Shown in pieces: positions 60,178 through 64,000 of a stretch of 64,000 nt of DNA. The notes beneath the pieces are model-generated. The model was not told the origin of the DNA and made no database searches. It saw only the letters and a list, made by a program, of their open reading frames with translations. The stretch comes from Candidatus Bathyarchaeota archaeon (GTDB lineage Archaea > Thermoproteota > Bathyarchaeia > Bathyarchaeales > Bathycorpusculaceae): assembly GCA_963702095.1 (NCBI GenBank), contig OY969706.1, positions 928,001-992,000 of the forward strand. Direction: 5' to 3'. The position numbers were made by a program, and so were the translations under genes. Position 1 is the first letter of the stretch. Every line of letters starts with the position of its first letter.

Positions 60178-61321
60178 TTATTTGCTTATTCGCTTCTTAA
60201 GCACCACTGCAATGACCGCAACTGAAATCAAGACAGCAGCTAAGATGGCAGCGACGTATGCAGCGGGAAACTGGCTGGAGCCAGCAACAGTTTGGTCCTC
60301 AGCGAGCGTTGGGTCAACCGAAGAGGAGGCGCTAGTGGATCTATCGGGAATGTACCCTCCGCCAGATAAAGTTACGCAAGAGATTATTTCGCCACTATCA
60401 GCCCACAACTCAACACGAATTTGACTTACAAAGCCAGGGTACAATTCGCTTAGCGGCAGATAAACTACCCAGATCGGATACAAACTTCTATCTTCACCGC
60501 GACTCTTAGAAAACGGTTCTGCACGGATGTAGTCATGTACTATTGAAAAGTTTGAGATTACTTCGCCATCCATTCGGTAAGAGAAGGTTTCCGCCCGCTT
60601 CAAAGCCAAAGCTACTGCCTGTTCTCCAGTAATATTAACCCTGGTGTCTCCAATGGTATCAAGGCTTCGGCTATCAGCAAAAGAGTCAAAATGTCCATTT
60701 TTGAAGCTTACGTTTATTCCAGGGTAATCCACGCCATAGAAAGTGGGTTTCCAATATAAGAGGGCAATGCTGCCATGTGAGGATACTTCAAGTTTTAAGT
60801 TGCCATCAATTTTAGAAGAATCCTTTGAGGTGTCTATATCGACAAGCATATCTCGCATTATAGCTATATTCTTTATCACCTGTAAATTCTTGATATCTCT
60901 CCATAAATGTAGCTGCACTATCGGTAACATTCGAGGAGGGGTTTTTGGTATAAATCGGCGACCCCGAAGTTGCATATAACTTACAGGATAATAGATTACT
61001 GCCCGCAAAATTGAAGGTACAACGTAGAAGACTGTTTTCGTGGTTCTCGAAATCTAAATAATCTAAATCATAGCGTCCAGTTGTTTGAATGTATCCAGCC
61101 TCACCGATTAAACTGATTTCAGACAAATAGGTCGTAGAAAAAGAGTTCAGATGTACTTCGTACTTCGATAAATCGAGGTCAACAATGTCACTTAAGAAAG
61201 TTAGAACTTTTTCAGGATCAGCTAGCGATTCAACTTCAGATGCACGGCAATATGAAAGCGACTCAAATAGTAATAGTGCTAAAAAGGCTATTAGAAAGGC
61301 GGTTGTTAGTTTTTTGTTCAT
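60178..61321 (-). CDS. Secreted protein with C-terminal TM; frameshift near 60866
   Basis: Signal peptide in ORF 60812..61321 joins ORF 60178..61008 (LYPIW, WADSGEI, TM-KKR). Confidence 0.7.
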
Positions 61322-61333
61322 TTTTTCACCGTT

Positions 61334-62946
61334 CTATCTTGGTATTGTTGCATTGCCATCTCCCCAGACACGTAACTGTGTGGTGGAATTGCATTGATTC
61401 ACTGGGTCCCAAACTACTTGCTGATTTAGATACAAATCGCTAAGCACAAAGCTGCAGTTGTTTACAAATTGTGAGGCTGCATTGAGAGCATTCCGTACAT
61501 TGTATCCTTGGAGAAGGTAATCGAAAAACAGGTAAACAAATTGCGCTAAATTTCGGTCAGGTCGTTGCCCCAAAGCAGTGTAACAAGGTGAGATCCATGT
61601 AAAGCAAATGAAAACATGGTCAGAGTTGTCAGCAGTTAGATATCCATCGTCACATATTTCGCTGCTTGGATCAGTGATGTCCAGCCATGATGCGAGCATA
61701 CCCCAAGCGTGATCTCCTGAGATCTCTCCAGCCCTGCTAGGATCGCCTTCTACGCATGACCAGAGAAAAACGAAGTCATGCGTGCCACGTGTATGACTCG
61801 TTACAGTTTTTGCAGCTTGCACATTAGCAAAAAGCTCATAGTCTGTTATAGGGTCCAGTGTATCGTAACCGTTTATATCGACGACTCCCCAATGTTGTAC
61901 GTCACATTCAGGAGTACCGCAGCCACCAGCACTCTCATTCAGCCAGAAATGCCCTTTGTAGATAACTAAGGAATAATCGCATACTATTTCGTTCGCATAT
62001 GTATTATAATAGACAGTATCTGGATACGTTCCGTCATTTCTATCTCCCCAATCATCGATACAAGGGTTATATTTGCCAGTATTAGAGAACTCCGTTGTAA
62101 TAGGACGAGACTTCGCCTGACATAGTACGCTCAGCATTTCCGCCGTACTCTGCGGGGTACCAGAGGGTGCCATAGGATGTCATACTTGGTGTTCTTAACA
62201 AACCATAGTCATAGTATGTATTGAGTTGATCCATTAAGACTTGACCTAAAAAATAACAGGTCTTTAGAACATTATTGCTTGAATCTAAAACTTGTATATA
62301 GCAAGCTTGAAGTCCGGTAGTGTCTGCTGTCCAATAATCTACTGCTCTGATAACGACTGAGACGGTTGAACTTGAGAAACCTGATAGATTTAGGATACCT
62401 GATGTATCTTGTCTCCAACCAATCCATCCGCCATTGCTAGTAGCAGGGTAGCTACAGGCCTGTATAGAGTTGTAATCGCTGATTGGATGCTGTACGTTAT
62501 CTACTGTCGTTCTAAACTCCTCATCATTCATATGTCGCCTTGAGTTCGTGGTCAACTACATAAAGTTCTGCAAGAGTTACGGGATCACCGTTGTAATCAT
62601 AATACCATTGCCAGTAAACTCGCAATTTCTTTCCGTCAAGATAGCTTCGGTCAAATGGCATAAAGATGTAGGCGTCACCAAGGCCGTTATCTGTTGACAT
62701 GGCTTAAAGAACTGAGCCGGAGTCTTTACTAAAAGTGTATGCCGGAGTGTATGCGTTCCATTGTTTGTACTCTTTTAATGCTTCTGTGCTGTATAAGTCT
62801 GTGGAATCTGCTTTAACGGGTGCAATACCGATGAAAAGGGATGCAAGAAGTGAAAGCAATAGCAAACTTGGAATAACGATTTTCCTATGCAATTTTTTTA
62901 TTCTCCCAAATTTGTGTCTAAGAGCTAAGGCGTTAGCCCTCAGCAA
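61334..62946 (-). pseudogene. Secreted protein gene broken by an in-frame TAA (62704) and two frameshifts
   Basis: Signal peptide, read-through frame MSTDNGLGDAYIF..., FVFLWSC, C-terminal LRVWGDGN. Confidence 0.55.
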
Positions 62947-63062
62947 GATACAATATACATTATTTGCTAATAAAACTTACGCAACACTTATGATTTATTT
63001 CATAATTATTCAGAAACTGAATAAATTGCGAAAAGTTACTCTTGAAAGCAAGGGGTCTTCGC

Positions 63063-63142
63063 TTCTGCTTGCGGTTTGCTCTACAACCAGCCCGCAACCA
63101 GCGCCGCAGCTAGAACCCAAAACACAATGGCCGCCACAAGCT
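63063..63142 (+). repeat. Repeat family B, degenerate copy 6
   Basis: TTCTGCTTGCGG...CAACCAGCCCGCAA...GAACCCAAAACACA. Confidence 0.7.
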
Positions 63143-63502
63143 GTTGGTTGTTGTTGTGTATAGGGGGTTTTCTGCAACAACTACTATAAGAAAATGTGGT
63201 ATCTTTTTTCTTAGCTATTGGTCGCGTAAGATCGCCTTTAGGAGGTGTATCAATTGGTTTTGTGTTGCATTCATCTTCTCGTTTGCAGAGCGTCTTATGA
63301 GCTGCTTTAGGATAATGCTAGCAGCTTTTTTGTCTGGTTGCTGGTTTTTGTTTCCGCATTTTGGTGAGTAAATGCATATGGGGGCACTCTTCCAACCCAA
63401 CTAGGCGAACTACAAAGCACCTGGTTTGCTTCTACATTTATTAGTATAGAAGCTAGCTAAACTAACTAAATAAAATCGCCCAAACAAGTAAGCCACAATC
63501 AA

Positions 63503-63844
63503 GTGACCACAATGAACTTCTGTCCAGAATGCGGAGCACGGCTCCAAGTAGCCAAAAAGGGCACCACACTTAGATGCCCTAAATGCAAATACCAAAAACC
63601 TCTAAAACAAGAAGAAACAAAACAAAAAACAAACATACATCTTGGTAAATCAGTAGAAATCGCAGTCATAGACAAAAAAGCAGCATCGCTAAGACAACTA
63701 CCCACAATAAAGATTGTTTGCCCAAAATGCGGCCATACCGAGAGCGAAACTTGGACTGTGGAAACAGCAAACGAGACAATCCATTCAACGATCACTTTCT
63801 TTCGATGTACAAAATGCGGCGCAACAAATAGAGAAGCAGGCTAA
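63503..63844 (+). CDS. TFS/RpoM-family double zinc-ribbon protein, atypical
   Basis: FCPECG..CPKC; CPKCG...FFRCTKCG; lacks the QTRSADE motif. Confidence 0.85.
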   Translation: MTTMNFCPECGARLQVAKKGTTLRCPKCKYQKPLKQEETKQKTNIHLGKSVEIAVIDKKAASLRQLPTIKIVCPKCGHTESETWTVETANETIHSTITFFRCTKCGATNREAG

Positions 63845-64000
63845 TCGTTAGCGACCTTAACTTACACCTTCTGTTTCAATCAAGGTGTTGAAAGAAGAAA
63901 AGAGAAAAAAATGGCGCTTCGTCCACTACTCTAGAGACCGTTTGGTCCCGTTTTGCTGTTAGTAGTCGTCATAGGGGTTGTAGCGTCGACTGCTTCATGA

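Noticed and set aside
62704-62706. Stop-codon recoding (Sec or Pyl)
   Set aside because: The in-frame stops here and at 41400 are TAA, not TGA or TAG
63215-63400. 61-aa ORF on the minus strand
   Set aside because: Only a broken zinc-ribbon hint (SPKCG); insufficient support
1-64000. CRISPR array, tRNA, rRNA, transposase or integrase
   Set aside because: No regularly spaced repeats, cloverleaf or recognisable motifs seen by eye

Overview
Archaeal chromosomal window, most consistent with Bathyarchaeia (TACK), judged from TATA/BRE promoters, frequent TTG starts, a CdvA/ESCRT-III/Vps4 division cluster, minimal SufCB, a TFS paralogue, LipS2 and many membrane-anchored secreted proteins. Main content: (1) a translationally coupled five-gene operon built around a fatty-acyl-reductase/acyl-CoA-ligase fusion (8.7-15.0 kb); (2) a Moco synthesis/modABC block facing a Tfx-FmdE-ABC-CooC metal block (15.4-30.7 kb), with two shared operator motifs that suggest a regulatory cascade; (3) the cdv/ESCRT cluster (37.1-40.7 kb); (4) secreted-protein genes sharing a tandem TGTTCYR-N4-YRGAACA operator next to a membrane-tethered winged-helix regulator (48-55 kb); (5) at least three families of dispersed non-coding intergenic repeats. 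More than a dozen single-base frameshifts split otherwise intact genes and are probably assembly errors. No tRNA, rRNA, CRISPR array, transposase or integrase was recognised. All family calls come from motif recognition by eye; no database search was run.
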